Shown in pieces: positions 1 through 13,315 of a stretch of 53,327 nt of DNA (its first letter is position 1; every line of letters starts with the position of its first letter). The stretch is taken from the NCBI GenBank assembly GCA_963575745.1, contig CAUYUJ010000327.1, positions 62,001 through 115,327 on the forward strand, written 5' to 3'. The position numbers were made by a program, and so were the translations under genes. The notes below the pieces were generated by a model. It had not been told where the DNA came from and ran no database searches. It saw only the letters and a program-made list of their open reading frames with translations. This DNA comes from Prorocentrum cordatum. Lineage: Eukaryota.

Positions 1-747
1 GATCTTGAAGTCCGGACGAAACTTCCGGTTGTTCAAGGAGTTCGGCATGCGCGCGCGACGACGCGCCCGCGCGCACTTCGCCCTACCTGTTGCGGGAGAT
101 TCTTGCGGCAGGACGCGCGCAAGGGCGTTCAAACGATGTCGAAACGCGCGCGCGAACGGCCACATTGGAACCACTGCGTGAGGATCTGAAACGATTGCCT
201 TCAGAATTTGCATGAGTGCGAGCGCTTACGTTTTTTGAGCATTCCTGTTGCGAAGCAATGTGCTTTTGTTTCGTGACGTTCGATTCTGGGATCCCAGCGA
301 ATCTGTTAGTTTTTGAAAATTTCGGCTTGCGCGCGCGACGACCCGCGCGCGCACTTCGTCGCAGACTTGCAAGGGTTGTTCGAAAACTTCGGAGTTTTGA
401 TCAACGGGCGCGCGCGCATGCTTGACAGGGATGGCGGGGAAGGGTCGATGCCGGCCGGGCTGGGATGGCACGAAGTCGCAAGTAAAATTGTCAAGGGAGC
501 ATAATCGTGCGCGAATTGCGTATCTCGCAGGGGAATCGCAAACTCTGGCTTCGGGCTGGGGGGTAGAATCTATTCCCCAGTCAGTGCATGGAAGTGGTCC
601 TCGCGGAAGTTGAAGGATTTGGCGAAAGTGCCCCGCCGATGTTGGTCGCGCGCTGGGTTCCCGGGCCTCCCGGTTCCCGGGTTCCCGGTTCCGGTTTCCG
701 GGCCGATTTCGGAGGGCGGCGAGAATCCCGGGCTCCCGGGTTACTAG

Positions 748-1000
748 TCGATCTGATTATCGATCGGTCTCACCATCGAGCTCATTACCCACGTCTATCG
801 ATCTCACCATCAGGCTCACAATCGATCTCACGATCGATCTCACGAGTGATCTCACTAGACGTCGCATGAGCGATCTCGCGACCGATCCCACGATCGGTCT
901 CATTGAATCGATTTAGCTCTCGGTCTCACGATCGTCCTTGCAATCGTCCTCGCTTTCGATTCCACTATCGATCTCATTATCGATCTTACAATCGACCTCG
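748..1000. repeat. GATC-dense short tandem repeat (tcgatctcac-type)
   Basis: Degenerate ~12-bp units 'atcgatctcac'; a second array of the same type lies at ~11880-12125. Confidence 0.7.
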
Positions 1001-1851
1001 AGACCCATAGTGCTAATTTTCAATTCATCCACTGATTGGGTTTTCTCAGGTGCAATTATTCCGTTGGAAAAAAAGAGAATTCACCTTGCCGAACTCGAAG
1101 TTGCAATGTCCACTGCTCGCGCGAACGCCCAACCCACCCGCTGGCGACGGCGATTGCGATGAGCGTTTGGCGTCGGCCCGCGCATCCCTGCGGCCGCGCT
1201 AGCCCGCGCGTGCTCGCGCGCGCAGCGACCAGTGAGCGCGGCGCAACTGACGCTGCCTCGGTGGCGCCGACTGCAGGGTGCGTCTCAGAGGGCACGTCAG
1301 TGCGAGACGGCGACTGGGGCGGGCGCGGCATCCCGGCGAGACCGACAACGGTTGACGCCGTGTAGGGAGTAGCGACGATGGCGGCGATGACGACGGCGAG
1401 GCCAATGGCGGCGCCGACGCCCATCGCGCCCGCCGGAAACGATCACGACGCCCCCGCGTCGGGGATGAAGGTTTCGGCAGGAGTTCGACGCGCGCGCGGC
1501 CGACGCGAGCTAACGGCCCGCGTGGCGCCATTTGACGCGGATCTCGCCCCCTCCCCCAGCGCGCTCGCCAGGGCGCTCGGATGTGTTCGACGCGCGGCGC
1601 GAAAGGCCCGTTTGGAAGAATTACGCGGCGACGTCGAGCAAAGCTCGTTTCCTCGAGGATTCACCATAGCGCACATTTTCCCGATAACTGATGTAGCGAA
1701 GCCATGCGTTTTAAAATGTGTTCGGGGTGCTCGGCGTTGAAATCTGCGCGAAGCCCATAGGTTCACCGGGGGGTTCTGGCGCGCGCGCGACCGCGCGCGC
1801 GTGTATTCCGTTTCTGTATATATATATATACATATATACATATATACATAC

Positions 1852-1888
<37 letters not shown>

Positions 1889-4869
1889 CAGACCCCTCCT
1901 GCACCGAATCCTTGCGACAGCGCGCGCGCCAGGGCGCTCGCGCGACTTCGCGCGCGCGAGAGGCCCGCGTGGTAGTATGTCATGAAGATGTTGGACCACC
2001 TTTGGTTTCCTCCAGAATCTGCAAGATCGCGAGCGCCGTTCGTTAGAGGGGAACTGATGTAGCAAGATTGTTTGCAAGTGGTTTACGTGGCTCTCGATGT
2101 TGCCATCTTTACGGGGTCTCAGAGAGTGCGTGGCGCGCGCGCGCGCGTGCACGTCGCCCCGTGTTTTGCGTTGGATTTTGGGCAACTACCGATTTCCGAT
2201 GAATGAGTGCGCGCGCAGAATATCTTCCGACGAGGGCGGGGCGGGGGGTGCGTCGCGAATTCCAGTCGGTCAGGTGCGAATTGAGCTCATAGTTAGGATG
2301 GCCGATGGCGCAGGATCGCGCGCAAATTGCGATGCGAAGGCGCGGCCCGTTAGCCGCGGGAGGCGACGGGGGGGGTGGGGGATCCCGATGCTGTTTCAGA
2401 AAAGGAGTGTTCATTTCTATTCAAAGTAGCTTGCGAACTCCACTGCTCGCGCAATCACCCTACCCGCCCGCCCGCAATATGGCTTGCACGAGCCATGCGG
2501 CGGCGATTGCGATGACTGCTCGGCGCTGGCTGGCGCGTCGCCGCAGCCGCGCTAGCGCGCATGCTCGCGCGCGCATCAGCCAGCTAGCGCGGCGCGACCG
2601 CCCGTCGCGGCCGCGGCGGCGCTGGCCGCGGCGCATCTCCCAGGGGGCTTCCCAGTGCGAGTCGGCGACTTGGGCGAGCGTTGCATCGTGGACACGTCGA
2701 CAACGGCATAAGCGACGCCGGTAGCGGCGATGGGGCAACGATGATGACAACGACGACGGCGCGGCCAGTGACGGCGCCGATGCTGCCCACGATGGCGGCG
2801 CCCTCGCGTCGGCGATGGAGGTCCTGGCAGGAGTTTGACGCGCGCGGGCGGCCGACGCGCGGAAGTGGCCCGCAAGGTGTTTTGGACGCGGATGCCCCCC
2901 CCCCCTGCGAGCAGGCCAGCGAGGGGCTCGCGTAGCCGAATTTAGCGAAAATGTTGAAGCCGTTGGGGTTCTTACGAATTCGCAAAACCACGAGCGCTGG
3001 CTTTGTTTCTTCAAAATTGCCGTTGCAAGACCATGTGTTTTCATATGTATCCGGCGCCCGAGAATTTATCTTACTTTCGAAACGTGGCATGCGCGGGCGA
3101 CGGCGCGCGCGCGCACTTCGTCCTATTTGTCGTGGAGGATTCGTGCGACAGCACGCGCGCAAGGGCGCTCGAATGATTTCGACACTGGCACGCGCGCGCG
3201 AAAGGCACGTCTGGCCGCACGTGATAAACCGGTTGAACAGCAACGCATGGTTTTTTCGCCAACTCGCAGGAGCGCGGGCGCCGGCTTTTTGTTAGGAATG
3301 CGCTTTTCGGAACCATTTGTCTGCATGCGTTTTTTGGGCGCTCGCTTTTTTGCGGTCTTCACGAAACTCGTAGTTTTTGAAGATTTCGGCGCGCGGAGCG
3401 GGGGGGGCGATGCGGGCCTTGCTGGGGCAGTGAAGATGGGCGAGTGCGCAGAGTCATACGCGAAGAGCAACGAAGAAAGGACGCCGTCAAGTCCGGGGGG
3501 GCGGGCGCGGGGGGGGGGGGACGGGGGGGGAGATCCTGCGATTCTTTGACAAAATTTGTCCGCAGTGAGTTGTCACCTCCACTGCTCGCGCAACCGTTCT
3601 ACCCGCCCGCCTGGGCGCAATTTGGCTTGCAAAACACATGCGGCTGCGATTGCGATGAGTCCTTGGCGTTGGCTGGTGCATCTCTGCGGGGCGCCAGCCC
3701 GCGCGTGCTCGCGCGCGCAGCGGCCCGGTAGTTCGGCGCGACCGACGCGGCCGCGGTGGCGCTGACTGCGGGCACTTCAGTGCGAGTCGGCGACTTGGGC
3801 GGGCGCGGTGCCACTGCAACGTCGACAGCGATAGTCGCGATGACGGCAGTGGCGACGCGGGCGGCGGCGATGATATCGACGGCGGCAAGGCCATTGACAG
3901 TGCCGATGCTGATCGCGCCAACGACGACGACGGCGCCCTCGCGTCGGCGACGAAGGCCCTGGCAGGAGTTCGACGCGCGCGCGGCCGATGCGCGAGATTG
4001 GCCCGCACGGTGTTATTTGACGCGGATCGCGCCCCCCCCCCCCCTCAGCACGCGCGCGAGGGCGCTCGAATGATTGCGACATGCTGCGCGAGAGGCCCGC
4101 TTGACCGAATGCATTGCAAATTTTGGAAAACGCCTGGCTTCCTCAAGGATTCACACGAGCGCAGCGCAGGCATTCTCGGGAACTGACGTCGCAAAGCCAT
4201 GTGTGTTCACGCGTGTTTTGGGACATTCGATTGTGAAATCCGCACGACACCGAAGGTTTCAAAATGGATTCCCACATGCGCACGCGACGACGCGCGCGCG
4301 CATTTCGCCGCATTGGCTGCGGGGGGGGTCCAACAACGCGTCCGCGAGGGCTGTCGAGTGATTTCGGCGCGCGCGTGCGAGAGGCGCGTTTCGTTGCATG
4401 TTATGACACTGTTGAACATCTTGCGATTTCTTCAGCGTCCGCAAGAGCCCGAGCGCAAGTTTGTTTGTTTGTAGAAAACCTTGACACTCGATGTTGGCAT
4501 CCATGCAAAACCCAGGGTTGTCGGGGGATTTCGGCATGCGTGCGCGACGACGCGCGCGCGCGTTTCGTTTCATTTGTTTTGCAAGGTTGTTTCGTAATGT
4601 GAAAATGATGAATCTCGACAAGGACGAAGGCGTGCGCATTGTTTTGATTGCGCAGGGCGAGGGGAGATGCCAGCGTAGCGGGGCAATGCGATTTCATAGT
4701 CCGCGACGCGGAGTGATGCCGGCGCGCGCGCGCGAGATGCACGTTTGATAGCACTTGATGAAATGATGAAGACCAAATCTTTCTGGAAAAATATTCAGAG
4801 CGCGAGCGCAGGCTTTGTTTGAACACTCATCTTGCGAAACCATGCGTTTTCATGCGTGTACGCAAGTTG

Positions 4870-5800
4870 TTGTTCGGGGGCCCTGGCCCTTCGGAAAGTG
4901 GCGACCCTCGCGGGCATGGCGCCCGTTCTGGAGGGGCCGATGTCCATTGCCGCCTCTGTAGGCCAGTCGGGTGTCGAGCGTCCCCTGTGGAGGAGCAGGG
5001 GCCCTCTGCAGGCTTCGTGGGCCAGTGGCGGTTTGGGCGCCTGGGCCTTCTGCAAAGTGGCGACCCTCGCGAGGGCGGTGCCCCTCAGGCTGGAAGGGCC
5101 GAAACCCTCTGCCGCCATTGTAGGTCAGTTGCGGTTCGGGCGCCCTGGCCCGCGGAAAGCGGCGGCCCTCGCGAGGGCGCTGCCCCTTTGGAAGGGGCTG
5201 AAGCCCTTTGCCGCCTCTGTAGGCCAGTTGTGGTTCGGGCGCCTCGGCCTTCGGAAAGTGGCGATCCCCGCTAGGGGCGATGCAACCTCGCGCCGCCCCT
5301 GCGGGCCAGTTGTGGCCCGGGCGCTCTGGCCCCTGGAGGGCGGCGCGCGGCGCGTCGGCCGCCCTCCGGAATGGCGCGGCCCTCGCTGGGATGGTGCTCC
5401 TCTCGGGCAGCCGGAGCCTTGGATTCTGCCGCCCCCGTGGGCCAGCTGTGCTTCGGGCGTCTTGGCCTTCGGAAAGCATCGGCCCTCGCGAGGGCGGCGC
5501 CTCTCGCGAGGGGCCGGGGCCCTCTGCCGCCTCCGTGGGCCGGTTGTGCTTCGGGCGCCGTGGCCCTTCGGAACATGGCGACCCTCGCGAAGGCGCTGCC
5601 CCGCCTGGGGGAGCGGGGGTCCTCTGCCGCCGCCGCGGGCCAGTCGCTGTTCGGGCGCCTTGGCCCTTCGAAAAGTGGCGCCCCTCGCGAGCGCAGTGCC
5701 CCTTCTGGTTGCGCGGGGGCCCTCCTGGCCGGCTCCGTGGCCCAGCTTTGGTTCGGGCGCCCTGGCCCTCCGAGAAGTGGCGACCCTCGCGAGGACGCTC
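4870..5800. repeat. ~100-bp GC-rich minisatellite
   Basis: Motif 'aaagtggcgaccctcgc' and its flanks recur about every 100 bp (e.g. near 5054, 5156, 5254, 5472, 5574, 5672, 5774). Confidence 0.75.
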
Positions 5801-7932
5801 GCGCGCTCAAACTTGGGGTCGACGCTGGGTTGGGCGTATGTTTTCGGGGAGCTCGGTTTTAAAATCCAAACGAAAGCTACGGCTTTTGCGGGATTCTGGC
5901 ATGCGCCCGCGACGACGCGCGCGCGCGTGAACTTCTCATTTGTTGCAAAGCATTCCCAAAAACTTCTAATTTGTGATAAACGAGTGCGCGCGCATAATCT
6001 TGGATCTGTCGCACCAGATGCGGGGGGAGGGGGGGGGGCGATGCCGGCCTGCCTGGGATGGTGCGAATCATATTTTGGATGGACGATGGGGCAGAATCAC
6101 ATGTAAATTACAATACGCGAAGGGGGGGGCTAATTCTGGGGATGGGGGGTATATCCTACCCCCCGCCCACCCGCAACGTTGTTTGCACGACCCATGCGGC
6201 GGCGATTGCGATGACTGCTCGGCTCTGGCTGGCGCATCGCCGCTGCCGCGCTAGCGCGCACGCCCGCGCGCGCAGCGGCCAGGTAGTTTGGCGCGACCGA
6301 CGCGTCCGCGGTGGCGCTGACCGCTGGGCACTTCCCAGCGGGTACTTCAGCGCGCGCCGGCGACTTGGGCGGGCGCGGTATCATGGCAACGTCGACGACG
6401 GTAAACGCGATGATGGTGGTAGCGATGCTGGCGACGGTGATGACAGCGACGACGGTGAAGCCAGTGACGACACCGATGCTGATCACGTCGACGGCGATGA
6501 CGGCGTCCTCGCGTCGTTGGTGGATATTTTGGAAGGAGCTCGACATGCGCGCCCGGCCGACGCGCGAGGGTGGCCCGCATGGTGTTGTTTGACATGGATC
6601 GCGCCCCCCTTCCCGCCCCCCTACACACAGACACACACACACACACACAAAACGCGCGCACGGGCATTCGAAATGTCTCGACATGCGGCGCGGGAGGTCC
6701 GCCGGGCCGAGTTTGCGAAATTCCGAAGGAGCGCGACCGCAGGCATTTTTGAGAAGTGGTGATGTAAAACCATGTGTTTTAGATGTGGTTTCGGAACATT
6801 CGACATTGACATTGAAACCCATACGGAACCCAAGGTTGTCGAAGGATTTATGCATGCGCGCGCGACGACGCGCGCGTGCGCACGTCGTCCCACATGTTGC
6901 AATATATTATTGCGACAACGCGCCCACAGGGGCTTTCGAGTGATTTCGACATGCGCGCTCGAGAGGCCCGTCCGGTAGAATGTTATGGTATTGCTGAAAT
7001 ACTTGTGGCTTCTTCGTTTGCAAAAGCCCGAGCGCAAGCTTGTTTGGAAAACCCGTGTTGCGACACTTTGTTGTTGCGGAAATTCGTGGCCCTCGATGTT
7101 GACACCCTTACGAAACCTACGATTCTCAAAGGATTCCCGCACGCTCTCGCGACTACGCGCGCGTGTGCACTTCGTTCCATGTGTTTTACAATGTTCTAAA
7201 TAGAATGCTGAGTCTTGATAAACGAGCCGCGCGCATAGTATTGTTCACACGGGGTGAGGGGGTTACCAGATTTGCTGGGAGAAGACGGTTTTATATTTAG
7301 GACGGACGATGGGGCGCAATCGCCTGCACATTGCAATACGCAAAAAGGGGGACCGTAAATTTCGGGGGGGGGGGGAGATCCGAATATTTTTTTCTAGAAA
7401 GGACAATATATGCAGTGAGTGCAGTCTTTGTGGTGCCACCCACGCGTTGCAATCTACGTCGTGCCATCCAGGACGGCGACGAGGCGGCGACGGGGCGGCG
7501 ACGGCGGCCACATGGCCGCCGGACCGACGAAGGGCGGCGACGAGGCGGCGACGCGGCGGCAACGGGGGCCACACAGCCGCCAGACCGAAGACACTGCCCA
7601 GACGACGGGAGGCGGCGGGGCGACGGGGAGGCGGCGGCCGCCACAGACTCCAGCAAAGAGAAGGACGTGAGATGAGATCGGGCCTGGAATCACGCGAACC
7701 GAACTTCGGACATCCGCAGGTGGAGAAGCACAGAGAGACAGAGAGAAGGGGTGGAAGGCGAGAGAGGGGCCCAAGGGGGCTCCATGACAAGTCGAGCGAG
7801 CGAGCGCTCGCCACCTCAAGCGGAAGGCGCACCAGCTCGGTGTCACACGCTTTTGGCCCGAAAGGCTTGCGATTTGTTTATGGTTCGCGTGTCGTGGACT
7901 TGAGTCATCTGGATTTCCAGGGGCTTGGAGCC

Positions 7933-7953
7933 ATGAGTGTCTCCACAGGGGCG
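7933..7953 (+). CDS. Possible first micro-exon of the carrier gene (MSVSTGA)
   Basis: gccATG context and GCG|GTGCC donor at 7954; a CAG acceptor lies directly before ATG 8083. The join is in frame, and the unspliced frame stops at 8067. Confidence 0.35.
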
Positions 7954-8082
7954 GTGCCAAAATTCCCAGGGATCACGCATGCGTTCTGTCCACTCATCCG
8001 CCATAGCTTTGCTCGAGACGCACAGAATGGGGCTGGCGACGCCTTAGCACCAATCTTATTTTTTTGATTTGTACAACTCCAG

Positions 8083-8392
8083 ATGGAAACGTGGAAGGCA
8101 TGCAAGCCTTTCGTTACAGGCAGCATTGCAGGGTGCATGGCGAGTACAGTCATCCAGCCGGTGGACATGGTGAAAGTCAGAATCCAGGTGGGCGCCGCAG
8201 ACGGGGGCAGCACGAGCCCACTTGAGATCGCAAGGGGCATGATCAAAAAGGAGGGACCGATGTCGTTCTACAGGGGGCTCAGCGCTGGCTACTTGCGGCA
8301 GGTTCTCTACACGGGCTCGCGACTCGGCTTGTACGATACGTTCACTGGCATGGCGAGCGTGCCGGGGGAGCCTCTCCCGTTCTGGAAGTCAA
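8083..8392 (+). CDS. DTC: Mitochondrial dicarboxylate/tricarboxylate (2-oxoglutarate/malate-type) carrier, exon with carrier repeat 1
   Basis: KPFVTGSIAGCMASTVIQPVDMVKVRIQ has the SLC25 signature Px[DE]xx[KR]x[RK]; FYRGLSAGYLRQVLYTGSRLGLYD is typical of DTC/OGC carriers. The 3' boundary is ambiguous within ~8391-8397. Confidence 0.92.
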
Positions 8393-8704
8393 CCATTCCG
8401 TGCTGACTTTTGGGGGCACCTTTGTGAAGGCGGCCCCTGGCAGCTGCGGGAGGCAGACCTTGGACCCGAAGCGTCTTGACGGGAGCGCACCACTGCACGT
8501 GCTGAGCCTCGGCACAGCGCAAACCAGGCACCCGAAGTGCAGGTGCTGTTTGGAACGCTCCTGCCCAGCAGAGTCCGCTCCGAGGCCAGGACTCATGCAA
8601 GAAGTCTGCTACACGGGGAGCCAAGCTCCCAGGACCCTAAACGGCTGTGGAATTGGATACACACACGCATATCTATATATATATATATATATATAGATAT
8701 ATAT

Positions 8705-10420
8705 CCTGGGAGGGCATGGGAGGACCGGGGTTTCCCAGACCGCTCCCCGAGCACCCCAGAGCGGCCCTGGAGCTCCCAGACTGCCCCAGAGAGCTCCCAG
8801 AAGCCCTCGGGGACTTCGACGAGCACCTTCAAGACAGCCCAGATAGCCCCAACGTGGCCCAAGATGGGTTCGAGACCGCAATTACACAGCCCAAGAGGCC
8901 TCCAAGAGGCCTCAAGAGAGCTCCGAGAAGCATCACGAGAGAGCCCGAAGAGGCCCTGATCATTGATTTTCATTTGTTTTTTAACATGTTTTTCGGTTGC
9001 TCGCGTTCTTGACCTTCCGACGCTCCAGGACGGTCGATGACGCCCCAAGACCGCCCCAAGACCGCCGAAGAGGCCCCCAAAAGAGCCCCGAGACGGCACC
9101 AGGGAGTTTGAAATGATTTCCCAGGAGGAGCCCCACATGGCCCAAGAGAGCCCCAGGACAGGCCCAAGCTGAGCCACAGAGCGCGAGCGGGAGGCGCAAA
9201 GACGCTCCGCCCAACACGGCAAATACACAGCCCAAGAGGCCTCCAAGAGGCTCTCAAGAGAGCTCCGAGAAGTATCCCGAGAGAGCCCGAAGAGGCCCTG
9301 ATCGTTGATTTTCATATGTTTTTAACTGTGTGTTCGGTTTCTCACGTTTTCGACCTTCCCACGCTCCAAGACGGCCGACGACGCCCCCAGGACCTCCCCA
9401 GGACTCCCCACGGCCCAAGAGGCTTCCAAGGGGCCGCATGAGAGCTCCGAGAGGCGTCCCGAGAGAGCCCGAAGAGGCCCTAATCATTGATTTCCATTTG
9501 TTTTTTTTGTACGTTTTCGCTTTCTCGCGTTCTCGACCTTCCAACGCTCCAAGACGGCCGAAGACGCCCCGAAGATCGCCCCAAGACTGCCGGAGAGGCC
9601 CTAGAAAGAGCCCCAAGACGGCCCCATGGAGTTCGAAAATTGCCCAGGAGGAGCCCCGCATGGCCCAAGAGAGCCCCAGGACAGGCCCAAGCTGAGCCAC
9701 AGAGCGCGAGCGGGAGGCGCAAAGGCGCTCCAAGACGGCCCAGATGGGCCCAACACTGCAAATACAGGCTTCCAAGAGGCCGCAAGAGAGCTCCGAGAGG
9801 CGTCCCGAGAGAGCCCGAAGAGGCCCACATCCCTGACGGTCGTTTTTGTTTCTATGTTTTCGCTGTCTCGCGTTCTCGACCGTTCAACGCTCCAAGACGG
9901 CCGAAGACACCCCGAAGATCGCCCCAAGACCGCCGAAGAGGCCCCAGAAAGAGCCCCAAGACGGCGCAGGACAGCGTGAAGACTGCCCAAGAGCAGCCCA
10001 AGACTGCCGAAAAAAGCCCCAGGACAGGCCCAAGCTGGGCCACAGAGCGGCAGCGGGAGGCCCCAAGGCGCTCCAGGACGGCCGAGATGGTTCCAACGTG
10101 GCCCAAGAGGAGCTCCAGACGGCAAAAACGTAGCTCCAAAAGGCTTCCAAGATGGCCCAAGAGAGCTCCGAGAGACGTCCCGAGAGAACCCAAAGAGGCC
10201 CACATCATTGATGTGCATTGGTTTGTTCGATGTGTTACGCTTTCTCGCGTTCTGGAGCTTCCAATGCTCGAAGACGGCCGCAGACGCTTTCAGGACCGCC
10301 CCAAGACCACCGAAGAGGCACCCAAAAGAGCCCCAAGGCGGCCCAAGAGAGCCCCAGGACAGGCCCAAGCTGGGCCACAGTGCGGGAGCGGGAGGCCCCA
10401 GAGCGCTCCGAGACGGCCTA
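8705..10420 (+). repeat. Purine-rich 'ccaaga/gagagcccc' interspersed repeat cluster nested in the carrier intron
   Basis: Several diverged copies of 'gagagctccgagaggcgtcccgagagagcccgaagaggccc'; related sequence is inverted at ~11140-11640 and ~49640-49880. Confidence 0.7.
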
Positions 10421-10921
10421 GATGTCCCGGGCCTCCCCCCTTCGTCCCTCCTTCCCTCCCGCCCCCTCCCCTTGCCTTCATTTCCTCCTCTCTCCTCTTC
10501 CTTCCCTCACCCCTCAGCTTTCGTGGTCCTCCCTCCTCTCCTGGGACGGCTCCGCCAGAGCGCCAGACAAGCCCCGCCAGAGCGAGCGGGGCATCGCTAT
10601 ACCCTATCAGTTCACAAGTTGCTTTCTCCCTCCACCTCCTCAAAGGCGGCCCCGGCAAAGCGAGAGCGTTCTGACTACGCGTTTCTTTGCGTCGATGGCA
10701 TGGGTCCGAGAACACTGGAAATCGTCGCTGTGACCGCACTGGGGCTTACAGCGGCACTCGTGCCTCACCTGCGACTAGAATCTAAGCGCGCGCGTAGCGC
10801 GCGCGTGCTTCTAGTGTGTATATGTACACACCCACAAGACTGCATTGGCACTTCGCGCCATGCACCTTGGTCCTTGAAGTTTGGCATGCAGGTGGAACGG
10901 ACGGAAGGTCAAACAGACAGT

Positions 10922-10956
<35 letters not shown>

Positions 10957-11768
10957 ATAACTCCTTGTTGCGTTTTCGGGCATCGCCGTTATAATAATGT
11001 TACTCGTTTTCCTTCCTCCATGTTGATGTTTCCTCATTCTCGCGCTACCCTGCGAATTCTTCCCCATCCTCCTCAGCTCTTTTTGCGGAGGCTCCTCCTT
11101 GGAAGGCCTCTGGGGGCATAACGGAAGTTGTTCATGCTTTCTTAAGGCCTTCTGGAGGCCTCCTGGGCATCTTCTGGAGCCCTCTGGGGGCTTCCTCGGG
11201 CCACCCTGCCTCCAACCGCGGTCTCCCTGAACGACCGGGTCACGATTTGAAATGCTTCGGAGGGTGTCTTGGGGCCATCTTGGGCGTCATGGGGCTCTTT
11301 CAGGCCATCTTGAAACCCTGTTGTGCCGTCTTGGGGTTCGCTTGGACTGCCTGGAAGCCCTTTCGGATGGTTTTGGGGCGACTTTCGAGCCTCCCAGGCG
11401 GTACAGGGCATTCCACAAATCATGCAACAACTTTGTGAAATCACTGTTTTTCTGCGTTTTGGAAGCCTCTTGGAGGTCTTCTTTGGGTCGTCTTCTGGCG
11501 CTTGGTGGGTGTCTGAGGTCTCTAGGGGCCCTCGGGGGGCGTTCGGCCGCCCTCCTGACCGATTTGGCCCATTGCCTAGGCCCACCAAAGGCTTCCAGGA
11601 GCTTTGAAACGCTTGGGGGACCTCCTGCAGGGGATCCCAGGGGTTCCCCCGGGCGACGGATCCGGGGAGTCTAGAGGGTCCAGGGGGCCCTGGGTTCGAT
11701 GGGTCCGATTTCGGTGGGGTCCATATATATATAATATATATATATATAGATATGTACAAATACATCCG

Positions 11769-11802
<34 letters not shown>

Positions 11803-12129
11803 TATATACATCTATATTTAGACCTGTACGACCACCCTTCGGGTGATAAGGAGGTTCGGGGGGGGAGAGGAACCAACGTCTCACTCGATCGGTCTCACTA
11901 TCGATCACACTATCGATCTCATTATCGGTCTATCGATCTCGCTATCGGTCTCACTCGATCGATCTCCTTCGATCGATCTCACAATCGATCTCAATCGATC
12001 TACTTCATTCGATCGATCTCACAATCGATCTGGCCATTGATCTCACAATCGCTCTCACTAACGATCGTACTCGCATTAGGTCCCACTATCGATCTCACCA
12101 TGGATATCACAATCGATCTCACAATGAAT

Positions 12130-12636
12130 GTCACCATCATCATCAACATCATCGTCATCAACGTCATCAACACCATCATCATCATCATGATCATCAGCAT
12201 CATCATCATTGGGACACCATCATCATCTCCTCATCACCATCATCATCAACATCATCATCATCAGCAGCATCGTCATCATCGGGACACCATCATCGTCACC
12301 ATCATCATCACCAACATCAACATCATCATCGGGACACCAGCATCATCATCGGAACACCACGATCACCACCACCATCTCATCATCATCATGAACAACATCA
12401 TCAACATCATCATCGCGACACTGTCATCATCCGCAACATCACCATCAACATCATCATCATCATAATCGGGACACCATCATCATCACCAGTATCATCATCA
12501 TCACCATCGGGACACCATCATAATCATCAGCATCAGCATCATCCCTATCCGGACGCCACCATCAAAATTATCGGCATCACGTCATCATCATCCTCATCAT
12601 CACCATCATCATGATCAGGACACCGTTATCGTCATC

Positions 12637-12668
<32 letters not shown>

Positions 12669-12919
12669 CAACAGCATCATCATCAACCTCATCACCATCG
12701 GGACACCATCATCATCATCATCTTCATCATCACCATAATGTCATAATCTCATCATCTCATCATCATCAACATCATCAGAATCATCAATGTCATCACCATC
12801 GGGACACCATCATCATCGCCACCATGGCCATCAGCATCATCATCATCACCATCATCATCCCCATCGGGACACCATCATCGTCACCATCATCATCATCAAC
12901 ATCGTCATCACCGGGACAC

Positions 12920-12950
<31 letters not shown>

Positions 12951-13315
12951 GGAACACCACCATCCTCATCATCATCTCATCATTTTCATGAACAACATCA
13001 TCAACATCATCACCATCGGGACACCATCACCATCATCAGCAACATCTTCATCAACATCAACATCATCGTCGGGACACCAACATCATCGTCACCATCATCA
13101 TAATCACCACCATCATCATCACCGGGGCACCATCATCACAATCATCCGCATCATCATCACCGGGCCACCATCACCAAATTCATCATCATCACCTCATCAT
13201 CATCCTCGCCATCAACACCATCATCATCATCGGGACACCATCATCGTCGTCATCACCATCATCACCATCATCACCGCCGGAACACCATCATCATCCTCAT
13301 CACCATCATTATCAT
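12130..13315. repeat. Degenerate (ATC)n microsatellite with periodic 'cgggacacc' interruptions
   Basis: Directly visible. Confidence 0.9.

Larger units (their letters stand above)
1..7260. repeat. Diverged long-unit (~1.2 kb) CG-rich tandem repeat array
   Basis: The block 'ccactgctcgcgc...ggcgattgcgatga...gagtcggcgacttgggc...gcaggagtt(c/t)gacgcgcgcg' recurs in diverged form near 1110, 2440, 3580 and 6160, with many gcgcgcgcg motifs. No ORF resembles a known protein. Confidence 0.75.

Noticed and set aside
4832..6106. 424-aa ORF, and the 395-aa ORF at 9487-10674
   Set aside because: Both are translations of GC-rich tandem or interspersed repeats.
7845..7865. Relict spliced leader upstream of the carrier gene (cgcttttggcccgaaag)
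   Set aside because: Only the ttttggc core matches DinoSL; too weak to call.
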